Below the pieces are notes generated by a model. That model was not told the DNA's origin. It ran no database searches and was given only the letters and a program-made list of their open reading frames with translations. The translations under genes were made by a program, and so were the position numbers. Of a DNA stretch of 30,930 bases, positions 1-8,598 are shown one piece after another; the stretch's first letter is position 1, and every line of letters starts with the position of its first letter. This stretch comes from Clostridia bacterium (lineage in GTDB: Bacteria > Bacillota > Clostridia > TANB77 > UBA1234): assembly GCA_017469545.1 (NCBI GenBank), contig JAFUGE010000004.1, forward strand, positions 1 to 30,930. Reading direction: 5' to 3'.

Positions 1-1306
1 CTGCAATTGGGAATGTCCACCAAACAATGCTAGTAACATTTGGGGATAACGTAAATAAATATGCGACAGGGAAAACAAATATCACAAGTCTTAAAAGTGA
101 TATGATTAGCGGCCTAATGGCATATCCTAAAGATTGTAAAACGCCTTGCACGGCAACTGAAAATCCCATAAATACATAGCCAATACTAGCAATTCTAAGC
201 GCAGCGGTACAGATATCGATAATCGCGCTGGTGCTTCCCCCGCTTAAACCAAACAGATTAGCAAGTGGCTTTGCAAAAATTTCAAATAATATCGTTATAA
301 TAAAAGTCACAATCAACGTATCAATAATTCCATACTTCATACAATCGTTAATTCTCTCTTTATCTTTCATTCCATAATTAAACGATAAAATCGAAATAAT
401 TGTATTAGACAAGCCAAACGCAGAGAACAAAGCGATTTGCTGAATTTTATAATAGATTCCGAAAGAGCCAACTAAGATGGTTGGATTTGCCTCCGCACGG
501 CCTAAAATCGCATTCATTCCCGCCATCATAACAGAAAGCAGTGCTTGCATAATCGCAGCAGAAATACCTATTTTGTAGATTGCTTTGATTAAACCAAACT
601 CTGGTTTCATATATTTCACAGTACCATTTATCTCTTTATTTAGTGCATAGTGGAATACCATCGCAAGAATCAAAGACACAAATTGTCCAATGATAGTAGC
701 CCACGCAGCACCTGCAACGCCCATTTTGCAAGGGAATATGAATACATAGTCTAAAACAATATTCACTAGCGCACCAGATATTTGAGAGATAGTAGATAAC
801 ATCGTTTTTCCTGTCGATTGTAATAATCTTTCATAAACGGTATAGCCAATTGCTCCTAATGAAAAGCAACAGCAAATTTTTAAGTACGTGGTACCCATCG
901 CGATTACCTCGTTATTTCCGCCAGCAAATAGCGAAATAAACCATTTTGAGCCAAATGCACCAAACAATAAAAATACTAAGAAAATACAAATGCTAAGGAA
1001 AATACCATTCCCCGCCACTTTATTTACTTTCTCTTGATTCTTTTCGCCTAAGCTCTTGGAAAGCAGTGCATTTAATCCTACTCCTGTTCCAACACCAATA
1101 GCAATAATCAATATTTGAATAGGAAATGCAATCGTAAGTGCCTGATTGGCGACGGCCCCACTTTCCCCCATATTCGTAACAAAGATACTATCAACCACAT
1201 TATATAGCGCCTGTAAAACCATTGATATAATCATTGGCAGTCCCATCTTCCAAAACAATTTTTTCATTGGTGCTTCTGCCATTTTGTTATTCTTCGTCTC
1301 TTCCAT
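1..1306 (-). CDS. MATE family efflux transporter; C-terminus runs off the left window edge
   Basis: Absent from the ORF track because it is open at the window edge. Manual minus-strand translation from ATG 1306 gives MEETKNNKMAEAPMKKLFWKMGLPMIISMVLQALYNVVDSIFVTNMGE... and stays open and multi-TM to position 1, typical of NorM/MATE proteins. AAGGAGG lies upstream. In-frame alternative ATGs at 1282 and 1267 make the start ambiguous. Confidence 0.8.
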   Translation of the reverse strand, partial: MEETKNNKMAEAPMKKLFWKMGLPMIISMVLQALYNVVDSIFVTNMGESGAVANQALTIAFPIQILIIAIGVGTGVGLNALLSKSLGEKNQEKVNKVAGNGIFLSICIFLVFLLFGAFGSKWFISLFAGGNNEVIAMGTTYLKICCCFSLGAIGYTVYERLLQSTGKTMLSTISQISGALVNIVLDYVFIFPCKMGVAGAAWATIIGQFVSLILAMVFHYALNKEINGTVKYMKPEFGLIKAIYKIGISAAIMQALLSVMMAGMNAILGRAEANPTILVGSFGIYYKIQQIALFSAFGLSNTIISILSFNYGMKDKERINDCMKYGIIDTLIVTFIITILFEIFAKPLANLFGLSGGSTSAIIDICTAALRIASIGYVFMGFSVAVQGVLQSLGYAIRPLIISLLRLVIFVFPVAYLFTLSPNVTSIVWWTFPIA

Positions 1307-1344
1307 CTCTTTATTTTTCCTCCTTATATCTTTTAAAAACGCGC

Positions 1345-1383
1345 AAAAAAATACGCATAAGGCCAAAATCTGGTCTTACGCGT
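1345..1383 (-). terminator. Hairpin plus U-run between the ABC permease stop and the MATE start; operon terminator or leader attenuator
   Basis: Minus sense reads ACGCGTAAG-(13 nt)-CTTATGCGT, a 9-bp stem with one G-T pair, followed by ATTTTTTT. Confidence 0.45.
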
Positions 1384-1409
1384 GCTAATTTCGCTGCTCG
1401 ATGTGAAAT

Positions 1410-1438
1410 ATTTTATCACAAAATTTTGATTTGTGTAA
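1410..1438 (-). promoter_or_regulatory. Candidate sigma-A promoter upstream of the MATE gene
   Basis: Minus sense TTACAC-17 nt-TAAAAT with TG at the extended -10 position (TGATAAAAT). The -35 is weak. Confidence 0.3.
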
Positions 1439-1454
1439 TACTTTTTTGAAAAAA

Positions 1455-3098
1455 TTAATATAAATTTTCGAAAATTTTCTTATCGTTACGATAAATATAT
1501 TGATTGATTATACCATTAATGATTGCCACCATAAATATCATAACGATAAAATATATCGTTACATTTGGCACAGCAACTCCGAAAAGAAGCACTACCGCTA
1601 TGACGAGCATCGTGTAAAAAAGCTCATACATCACATTGGTATTCTGCTTCAGCATAGTATACTCATTATCCCAATCAATTTTCGGATTGCGCAAATCTAT
1701 CAAGATTTTTATTTTTTCTCCAAAAACATTTAGTCCAAAACTTGCGACCACAAGAAAAATCGCATTCCAAATACTTCTTGTGCAAAGATAATAAAATATC
1801 ACAACAGCTAGGCTAGAAATAAAACTACTTAGTTTTCCTATCCATAATTTCATATGCAGCTGCCTACTCAATTTGATGGGAATACATTTGCTAAGTACCG
1901 CCCATCGTTTCTCTTTTGAAACTGCGATAATCGAAGAAAAATTAATCATATAAAACACTTGCGTCACTGCTAAAAAAGCCCCCGCCAGTATGGAATCCCC
2001 CAGTGTCTTCTTAATTTCTTCCCATATATCAAATTCAAATCCTCTGGCAAATGCGACTACAGCCAGAGCAATTGCCAATGCCCCAAATGCAAACGCAAAA
2101 GGAAATACAATGCATTGCATAAAGAACACAGGCGACCTGCGAGTAACCGTGTATTCTTTTAAAAGATATGCTTTCTGATAAGGCCTTTCTTTAAAATCTT
2201 CGATGCGAAGCTCTGCTTTTTCTCTTGCCATTTTCTTATTCCCATTTACCGTCGTTCCAATGGCGCCTTTTAGATAAATTGACGAAATAGTGGTTATGGC
2301 TAATACATAGCTGATTCCGCTTGCAACCAAATACAAAATGAAACTTCTAACACCCTCCCACGTTTGATAATGCAAAAGTGAATTCATAATGGGAATAAGA
2401 AGTTTAAATTGATTCGCAATTTCTGTGGCTAGTGCATTGTCTGCTTTCATATCCCAATTTTGAAACAGCGCAAGTATCGAGCCTTGCCCGCTAACACTTG
2501 ATAGCACTAGATTTAGCAAAAGATAAGCGATAATGATAGTAATATACATCACTCTACTTTTGTTTTTTATCTTGTTGGTAAATCGCATAATCACGGCTAA
2601 AAGAATGGAGGTAACACTAATCGGAATAATTGGCAAAATCAGTAAAATCATTGGAATATATAAATAAAATTGATAGCCGGCATTCGTCATTATCCCGTAT
2701 ACTATCATTGGAATGGCAAGCATAATGACTTCCATTTCATATTCAGAAACTATCATTTTTAATATTTTCGCATTCACAATATCCCTTGATTTTATTGGCA
2801 TTCGCAATAATATTTTTAAATCTTTAGAAAAATATAATACGTTGAGTGATTGAAAAATACTGCCCAAAAATAATATGCCAAAATTCACGAGTAACATTAT
2901 ATTCACAAATGCGTATGTTTGGCCAATATCCTCCAGCCTTTTCGTAATATCAACAGAAACATAAATCATAATCGCTGCCAGCGAGCCAAACACAATAGCA
3001 AATGATAGAAGCGATAATAGATTTCCGGATACTCCTTCACGCGAAATTCTTTCTCGCCTTTTTTCATTTTTAAAAATGATACTTGTTAATGAATTCAC
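1455..3098 (-). CDS. ABC transporter permease-like polytopic membrane protein (547 aa)
   Basis: Long ORF with many hydrophobic segments. Its GTG start overlaps the TGA of the upstream ATPase (GTGA), implying translational coupling. AGGAGGG lies about 10 nt upstream. Confidence 0.75.
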   Translation of the reverse strand: MNSLTSIIFKNEKRRERISREGVSGNLLSLLSFAIVFGSLAAIMIYVSVDITKRLEDIGQTYAFVNIMLLVNFGILFLGSIFQSLNVLYFSKDLKILLRMPIKSRDIVNAKILKMIVSEYEMEVIMLAIPMIVYGIMTNAGYQFYLYIPMILLILPIIPISVTSILLAVIMRFTNKIKNKSRVMYITIIIAYLLLNLVLSSVSGQGSILALFQNWDMKADNALATEIANQFKLLIPIMNSLLHYQTWEGVRSFILYLVASGISYVLAITTISSIYLKGAIGTTVNGNKKMAREKAELRIEDFKERPYQKAYLLKEYTVTRRSPVFFMQCIVFPFAFAFGALAIALAVVAFARGFEFDIWEEIKKTLGDSILAGAFLAVTQVFYMINFSSIIAVSKEKRWAVLSKCIPIKLSRQLHMKLWIGKLSSFISSLAVVIFYYLCTRSIWNAIFLVVASFGLNVFGEKIKILIDLRNPKIDWDNEYTMLKQNTNVMYELFYTMLVIAVVLLFGVAVPNVTIYFIVMIFMVAIINGIINQYIYRNDKKIFENLY

Positions 3099-3826
3099 TC
3101 TTCATTCCCTCCTATCATTTTCAAAAACGACTCTTCCAAAGACTCTGTAGAATTTAGCTTTTGATGTAGCTCGTCAATCGTTCCCACAAATATAATTTTT
3201 CCGCAATCGATAATCGCAATTTTATCACAAATTTTTTCCGCCACTTCTAACACGTGTGTCGAGAAGAAAACGGTATTTCCTTGCGCTGCGTGCTGCTTCA
3301 TAAGCTCCTTTAATGTATGTGATGTTTGCGGGTCGAGGCCTGTCATTGGCTCGTCTAAAATCCAGTTTTTCGGATTGTGAAGTAATACACTGATAATTAA
3401 TAGTTTTTGTTTCATTCCGTGCGAATAGCTTTGAATTCTGTCTTTCAAATTTTCATACATTCCAAATTCTTTGGCAAGCTTGCTCGTTCTCTCCAATCTT
3501 GTTTTGGCATCAACACCATACACATCACCAATAAAATTCAAATACTCCAATCCCGTTAACTTTTCAAAAACATCCGGAGAATCTGGAACAAAACCAAATC
3601 TGCTTTTCGCCGCCATGGGATATTTAGTAATACTTTTTCCATCAATGAAAATATCTCCCTGGTCAATCTTGACAATGCCCGTTATCATATCAATCGTCGT
3701 GGTCTTTCCGGCGCCATTCGGCCCCAAAAAGCCAAACACAACGCCGTCCTCCACTTTCAGGCTCATATTTTCAATCACATTCTTCCCTTTCACATACGAT
3801 TGCGTAACTTCTTTTATCTCTATCAT
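3095..3826 (-). CDS. ABC transporter ATP-binding protein
   Basis: Walker A GPNGAGKTT, ABC signature SHGMKQKL, Walker B WILDEP. AAGGAG lies upstream of the ATG. Confidence 0.93.
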   Translation of the reverse strand: MIEIKEVTQSYVKGKNVIENMSLKVEDGVVFGFLGPNGAGKTTTIDMITGIVKIDQGDIFIDGKSITKYPMAAKSRFGFVPDSPDVFEKLTGLEYLNFIGDVYGVDAKTRLERTSKLAKEFGMYENLKDRIQSYSHGMKQKLLIISVLLHNPKNWILDEPMTGLDPQTSHTLKELMKQHAAQGNTVFFSTHVLEVAEKICDKIAIIDCGKIIFVGTIDELHQKLNSTESLEESFLKMIGGNEE

Positions 3827-3853
3827 TGGTATCTCCTTTTATTTCGAATTATT

Positions 3854-4231
3854 ATGATTGTATCATATTCTATCATTAGTGGAAATAGATTAATTTTGGA
3901 CTCAAAAAATTCGCAGAAAGAACAAAATTTAGAAGCTGTAAAAATGGCAGTCAGCAGAGAAATTGCCAAAAGCAATATGGGAGGAGTTATTACGCCAGCA
4001 ACCTATAGCTACGTTGGAACTAGAAATCCCGTGATAGGAAGAGACGAAACAGGCGACCCAATTAATGCAGGCGTCGACTGGTACTTGCTAGACACAGATG
4101 CCCTAAAAGAACTTGGAATCAAAAAAGTAAAGGAAAATTATCTTGTGAATTATGCCAAGAATGAAGTCCTTCTGGTTGAAGATTTCTTAAATAAATATGA
4201 TAATTTGCGGTCAGCAATATGTAGTAGTTAA
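3854..4231 (+). CDS. Hypothetical protein, possibly a truncated or degraded gene
   Basis: The ORF-track frame 3800..4231 overlaps the ABC gene start. The first plausible ATG is 3854 but has no Shine-Dalgarno. No recognisable motifs. Its end overlaps the next ORF in another frame. Confidence 0.3.
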   Translation: MIVSYSIISGNRLILDSKNSQKEQNLEAVKMAVSREIAKSNMGGVITPATYSYVGTRNPVIGRDETGDPINAGVDWYLLDTDALKELGIKKVKENYLVNYAKNEVLLVEDFLNKYDNLRSAICSS

Positions 4232-4748
4232 CTTTTTATCAAATAGATTATCCAGTGAATATGTTGAACTTGAATATATTCAAAGCGATGGTAAGCAATA
4301 TATAGAGCCAGAATATCAGCCAACACCAAATACAGGAATATATTCAGATTTTCAGTTTACTAATATTGCTACGCAATACAGACTGTTTGGAAGCGGATCT
4401 GATAATAGTGTCGAGGGTAAATTGAATTTTGAATTTTATATTAATGGCAGTCGCCGTTGGGCATATGCATATAATAATAAAAAAGGAAACTGGGTAAACA
4501 CTAAAATAGCAGCAGATACAAATAGGCATACTCTAAGTTTCAATGTTGTAAATAAAAAAATTTTAATTGATAATGGCAGTACATATAATAGTACTCTTAA
4601 GGGAACAGCAACAATAAATTCTAGTTATCCTTTCTTAATATTAGGAAGACAATATGAAACAAATGCACCAGCTATTGGCTGGAACCCAAAAATAATTCTA
4701 TATAGTTTTAAAATTTATGAAGCTTCATTCACTGAGGCCTCTTGCTAA
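4197..4748 (+). CDS. Hypothetical beta-rich protein with an N-terminal EYVELEYIQSDGKQYIEPEY motif
   Basis: 183-aa ORF. From memory the (Y)xxLEYIxSxGxQYI motif recurs at the N-terminus of small jelly-roll/LamG-like proteins of phage or accessory origin. No clear RBS. Confidence 0.5.
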   Translation: MIICGQQYVVVNFLSNRLSSEYVELEYIQSDGKQYIEPEYQPTPNTGIYSDFQFTNIATQYRLFGSGSDNSVEGKLNFEFYINGSRRWAYAYNNKKGNWVNTKIAADTNRHTLSFNVVNKKILIDNGSTYNSTLKGTATINSSYPFLILGRQYETNAPAIGWNPKIILYSFKIYEASFTEASC

Positions 4749-4915
4749 ATTTACACTTACTCTTTTGCTATACTAAGTATTTCTTCTTTAAATTCTTCTA
4801 TGATACTCTCGTGTGGTATTTTTCTGATTACTTCTTCCTTTTTGAAAAGCACCCACTCGTTGAAAAAAATAAAATTTTTTAGTGGCGCCCTTTGGTCGCC
4901 ATATATGATTAAAAT

Positions 4916-4959
4916 AAAGCACTTGCAATCTGGTCAAAGCCAAGATTTGCAAGTGCTTT
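4916..4959. terminator. Long hairpin in a non-coding gap, terminator-like, better on the minus strand
   Basis: AAAGCACTTGCAA (4916..4928) pairs with TTGCAAGTGCTTT (4947..4959), with a partly paired loop. The minus sense is followed by TTTATTTT, the plus sense only by TTT. Confidence 0.4.
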
Positions 4960-5208
4960 TCGTGCATTTATATTGTAAATTTTATATACTAATCCAATGT
5001 CGATTTTACCTATACTTGGTCGTAATAGGCCTTAATTGTGATTATTATTTGTAAATTAAATTTAACTTGTAAATTGTAAAAAGTAACTCTTTGTTCCCTT
5101 GAACAATAAAAAGGCTATTTACAAACAAATGCACCACTGGCTGTAGAATTTGTTAGTAGACTAACTATTCCCATTTAACAATACTTTCAGTATGCACCAA
5201 ATTGAGCA

Positions 5209-5227
5209 GGCATACGAAATGCATGCC
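5209..5227 (-). terminator. Weak hairpin just downstream of the 5252..5758 gene
   Basis: Minus sense GGCATGC-ATTTC-GTATGCC (7 bp, one G-T pair) with a poor U-run. Confidence 0.25.
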
Positions 5228-5251
5228 CACATTCATGATTCGAAATCAATT

Positions 5252-5758
5252 TTACCATTCAACCTCAAATTCTATGGAATTCAATTTTGAAATCTCAAAC
5301 TCCAAGTTTTGAATTTGTTCTTGTATCTTAGTATACTCTTCTTTTATCTTCGCAACATCAAAATTCACTTCTTTTGATTCAAAGTATGAGTTGTTTACTT
5401 CTGTCACTCTTCTCTTTGAATTTTTATAGTTTAGAAAGCTCTCCATCAAGTACATTTTCTTTCTTAATAAGTTGATTGAAATTAACGCATCAGCAATCGT
5501 TTCGCCATTAGAAAGAGTAAGTTCATTATTCTTCTTCGCAATTATCTTCTTTGCCGCTTGAATCTTTGCGAAAAGTTCATTATATTCTTCAAACTCATCT
5601 GCAAAATCTTGTTTAAAATCTTCTATCACATTCTTTCTACCGTCTAATTCTTCAATTGTTGTAGAATAAATATGTTCTCTCAGATTTCCATCCGCCATAT
5701 TAAAATTTCTTTCATATTCTGATACTAAATTCATTAAATTAGATATGTTTGTTTTCAT
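5252..5758 (-). CDS. Hypothetical coiled-coil protein (168 aa)
   Basis: ATG 5758 is preceded by GGAGGA; the ORF-track start at 5800 is probably an over-extension. Charged heptad-like sequence without TM segments. There is a faint resemblance to the DIP1984/septicolysin-type small helical family that I cannot verify. Confidence 0.7.
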   Translation of the reverse strand: MKTNISNLMNLVSEYERNFNMADGNLREHIYSTTIEELDGRKNVIEDFKQDFADEFEEYNELFAKIQAAKKIIAKKNNELTLSNGETIADALISINLLRKKMYLMESFLNYKNSKRRVTEVNNSYFESKEVNFDVAKIKEEYTKIQEQIQNLEFEISKLNSIEFEVEW

Positions 5759-5856
5759 ATATATTCCTCCTATCTTCGTTCCTCGAAATGGATTATACAT
5801 TGTCTTATTAAAATATGTATTAATTCATTGTAAAAAATTTGTAATTATATTCCGTT

Positions 5857-6997
5857 TTAAACCTGTTGTGCACCAATCATTAGAATGCCAATATTGTCGT
5901 TATAGATTTTATCAAATTGTGATATGGGAAGTGGATTAGTGCCTAGGCCTGTTTCCACTGTATATCCCGGCAATCGATAATTGTCAATAAACCAATCTCT
6001 GTATCCCGCAAAACTTCCCGTATCTGCTCTATCGTCCGGCGTATAGCCACTCGCTTGTTGAAAAAGATTTACGATATCTTCTGCATAGTCCGGCTCTAAA
6101 TCTAAGTACCTCCAGAAAATGACTTCTCCTTGTGTATGATAAGCAATAATTAGCCTAAAAGTATGACTAAGCGTATAATTGTATATGGCAAGTGACTCCG
6201 GCTCTGTCAGTGGCCCATATCCAACAAAATCCCTTGGAGCAGGCCTCGTAAATCCTTGGGCAAATTTATTTCTACGCGCTAAAATCCAATTTGATGGGAA
6301 TTGCAAATTGAGGTCAATTCCGCAATATATTTGCTTTCCATCCACTTGGGAAAGGAATACTTGGGAAATTTGCTCCAATAATTCTCGCATTTCTATATGC
6401 AGTAGAAGTCTGCGAAAGTGCTCCTACCACCAAATCCACGCCATCTGGATTTACCATAGGCGCAACATAAATAGATACTCTTTGAAATAATTCTCTAATA
6501 TTTTGATTATACAAACTGCCATTATTCACATAGCTTTCCGCATAATTCTCCACAAATTTCATTAATACTGGCGAATTAATCCATTCATTCGCGTGCATTG
6601 AAGCACTGTAAAATACTTCTTTTGGGCCATTACCTAATCGTATTACATATAAATTTCTTCCAAGCACACTCCTTCCCATACTTTCCACTTGCAAAAAATT
6701 ATATTTATTTCTTAGTGCCTCAATATTCATTTGCATTACCCAATAAGGATAACTCATATCCGTAGGAACAATGCTCCCTACGGTTCCATTTATGTACGGC
6801 ATTAATTTGTTCCACGTGGCATTCCCAACAATTCCATCAATTTTTAATCCATAATCCTTTTGAAATTTATAAACAAAATCTCTCGTGTTTGGGCCAAAAA
6901 TTCCATCAATTGGCCCCACATAATATCCGATTTTCTTCAGTGTACTTTGCAAAAGTTCCACACTAATTCCCCTGGAACCAAGTCTCAAAGTATCCAA
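5857..6997 (-). pseudogene. PG-binding domain plus M14 zinc carboxypeptidase (gamma-D-glutamyl-meso-diaminopimelate peptidase type), split by a frameshift
   Basis: The upstream ORF 6314..6997 (TTG start, GGGGGTGA SD) carries a PG_binding_1-like repeat and the HANEW zinc motif. The downstream ORF 5857..6390 carries GIDLNLQFP, YHTQGE and TVETG. The frames join at WKANI/CGIDLN if one base is skipped in the ATATAT tract 6325..6330. Confidence 0.8.
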
Positions 6998-7078
6998 AAA
7001 ATCACCCCCATAATTTGTATGTATGGAGGTGAGAAAAAATGCTAATTAAGTCCGTCCTCATTAGCAACAATTTTGTAT

Positions 7079-8104
7079 TCAATTTACCTCAATATAATGG
7101 TGCTCGCAAGCCCTGATTAATCGATTCATAATTGCAAGTCCTAGCCCTTCCGCTTTCACGCCTTCAATGATTGCAACATCCACCTCATAAGTATCAACTT
7201 TCCTAAGAAGCGAAAAAATATTGTGAGATATTTCTAACAAATTAATTTTACTTCCCATATCCAAACATTCAAAACCTATGTATTTTTCCATATTCTCAGT
7301 TGTTGATAATATTAAAGCTTTTCTATTTTCTTTCGCGATTTTTAGTATTTCCTCTACCATTTTTTCATTATCTTCGCCATATACTAAAACACATTGTGTA
7401 TTCGGAGCATAATGCCTATACTTCATTCCAGGCGATAAAACCCTCTCATTTGCGTTGATACTGCCCATAACATTTTTATCAATCGTTGCACTACTTGCAA
7501 CACTTTCTATTTCTTCTTTCGTTATCTTACCAGGACGTAATATTCTCACTTCATTACCAATCACTCTCACGACAGTAGATTCAAGTCCAATTTCGCACTC
7601 GCCTCCATCTATCATATAATCTACTTTTCCTTGTAGTTCCTCCATAATATCTTTTAAATTGGTGCCGCTCGGTCTTCCAGAAATATTGGCGCTCGGCGCC
7701 GCAATTGGGCAATTCGTTTCTTTGATTAAATCGTGCGCAATTTTATTGCTTGGCATCCTCACGCCACAAGTGTTGCCATTACAAGTAGCAACATTTGCTA
7801 TTCCCTCTTTTTTATTTAACACAATCGTAAACGGCCCTGGCCAAAAAGCATCCATCAAACGATACTCTAATTCCGAAATATTGTCCGCAATTTGAGAAAG
7901 CATATCCATATCAGAAATATGAAGTATAAGTGGATTATCTTGCGCCCTTCCCTTGGCAACAAATATTTTTTTGACAGCCTCGTCATTTAATGCATTCGCC
8001 CCAATTCCATACACTGTCTCCGTCGGAAATAGCACTAATCCGCCTTTTCGTATCACTTTTGCCGCTTCTACTATTTCTTTATTTTCTTCTTTCCAATGCT
8101 CCAT
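7079..8104 (-). CDS. tsaC: L-threonylcarbamoyladenylate synthase (TsaC/Sua5/YwlC type, long form)
   Basis: PTETVYGIGANA, KGRAQDNPLILH and SANISGRPS motifs plus a C-terminal Sua5 domain. True start is MEHWKEEN at ATG 8104 with AAGAGG upstream. The ORF-track start 8194 reads through the 64-bp palindrome. Confidence 0.9.
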   Translation of the reverse strand: MEHWKEENKEIVEAAKVIRKGGLVLFPTETVYGIGANALNDEAVKKIFVAKGRAQDNPLILHISDMDMLSQIADNISELEYRLMDAFWPGPFTIVLNKKEGIANVATCNGNTCGVRMPSNKIAHDLIKETNCPIAAPSANISGRPSGTNLKDIMEELQGKVDYMIDGGECEIGLESTVVRVIGNEVRILRPGKITKEEIESVASSATIDKNVMGSINANERVLSPGMKYRHYAPNTQCVLVYGEDNEKMVEEILKIAKENRKALILSTTENMEKYIGFECLDMGSKINLLEISHNIFSLLRKVDTYEVDVAIIEGVKAEGLGLAIMNRLIRACEHHYIEVN

Positions 8105-8148
8105 TATTTTTACCTCTTTTCTTATGCTAACCATTATAGCACTTTTTT

Positions 8149-8212
8149 TGAACTTGGGGACGTCCATTGAAAATTCAATTTTCTGAACTTTCAATGGACG
8201 TCCCCAAGTTCG
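8149..8212 (+). repeat. 64-bp palindromic element, copy A
   Basis: TGAACTTGGGGACGTCCATTGAAA-(loop)-TTTCAATGGACGTCCCCAAGTTCG with perfect 23-bp arms. Identical to 9133..9196. Confidence 0.95.
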
Positions 8213-8223
8213 CGTCCTCCATC

Positions 8224-8463
8224 TTATCTCTTGAATTTTTTGCTTTTAGGATACGGTTTCATTTCGTCCGTCATTCCTAGAATATAATCAACACTCGTCC
8301 TGTAAAAATCAGCTAGCTTTTTTAAAGCATCAATTGGAATGTTGACTTTTCCTAATTCATATTTACTATAATTCGTTTGCGAAATTCCAAGATACTTTGC
8401 CATTTCTTCTTGCTTGATTTCCCTATCTTCCCTCAAGTCCTTTAATCTTAACAATTCCATCAC
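8224..8463 (-). CDS. XRE-family helix-turn-helix transcriptional regulator
   Basis: QEEMAKYLGISQTNYSKYELGKVNIPIDALKKLADFY is a classic HTH_3/Cro-C1 motif. GTG 8463 is followed directly by ATG 8460. There is no SD, so the mRNA may be near-leaderless. Confidence 0.85.
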   Translation of the reverse strand: MMELLRLKDLREDREIKQEEMAKYLGISQTNYSKYELGKVNIPIDALKKLADFYRTSVDYILGMTDEMKPYPKSKKFKR

Positions 8464-8489
8464 CGATAAAATTTTATAATAGTTATAAA

Positions 8490-8525
8490 ATGACTATTGC
8501 ATTTTAGTCATATTTTGACTAAAAT
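8490..8525 (+). promoter_or_regulatory. Promoter of the membrane-protein gene overlapped by three TGACTA/TAGTCA operator half-sites
   Basis: TTGCAT (8497..8502)-17 nt-TAAAAT (8520..8525). Inverted repeats are ATGACTA N8 TAGTCAT (8490..8511) and TTAGTCA N5 TGACTAA (8504..8522). Confidence 0.55.
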
Positions 8526-8598
8526 AGTAATAGTAGAATATTTTTATAGACTTATGGTATGTCGTAAGACCAACAATTATGTAAGGGGGATAATTATT

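Noticed and set aside
1146-1449. Track ORFs 1146..1388 and 1234..1449 on the plus strand
   Set aside because: They are antisense to the N-terminal part and leader of the MATE gene, which is the convincing reading of this region.
4749-4900. Minus-strand reading frame ending ...FFNEWVLFKKEEVIRKIPHESIIEEFKEEILSIAKE*
   Set aside because: The open stretch is only about 50 codons and is bounded upstream by TAA with no ATG/GTG/TTG start. It may be a gene remnant but cannot be supported as a feature.
3827-5800. Prophage or defence island interpretation of the orphan region
   Set aside because: There is no integrase, recombinase, capsid, terminase, nuclease, ATPase or other hallmark. A single phage-like motif and orphan ORFs are insufficient, so it is kept only as a low-interest finding.
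7039-7116. 25-codon plus-strand ORF (MLIKSVLISNNFVFNLPQYNGARKP) with a strong GGAGGTGA 6 nt upstream
   Set aside because: It runs antisense into the tsaC 3' end and sits in the promoter region of the peptidase gene. There is no supporting feature beyond the SD-like string, which is probably a chance occurrence.
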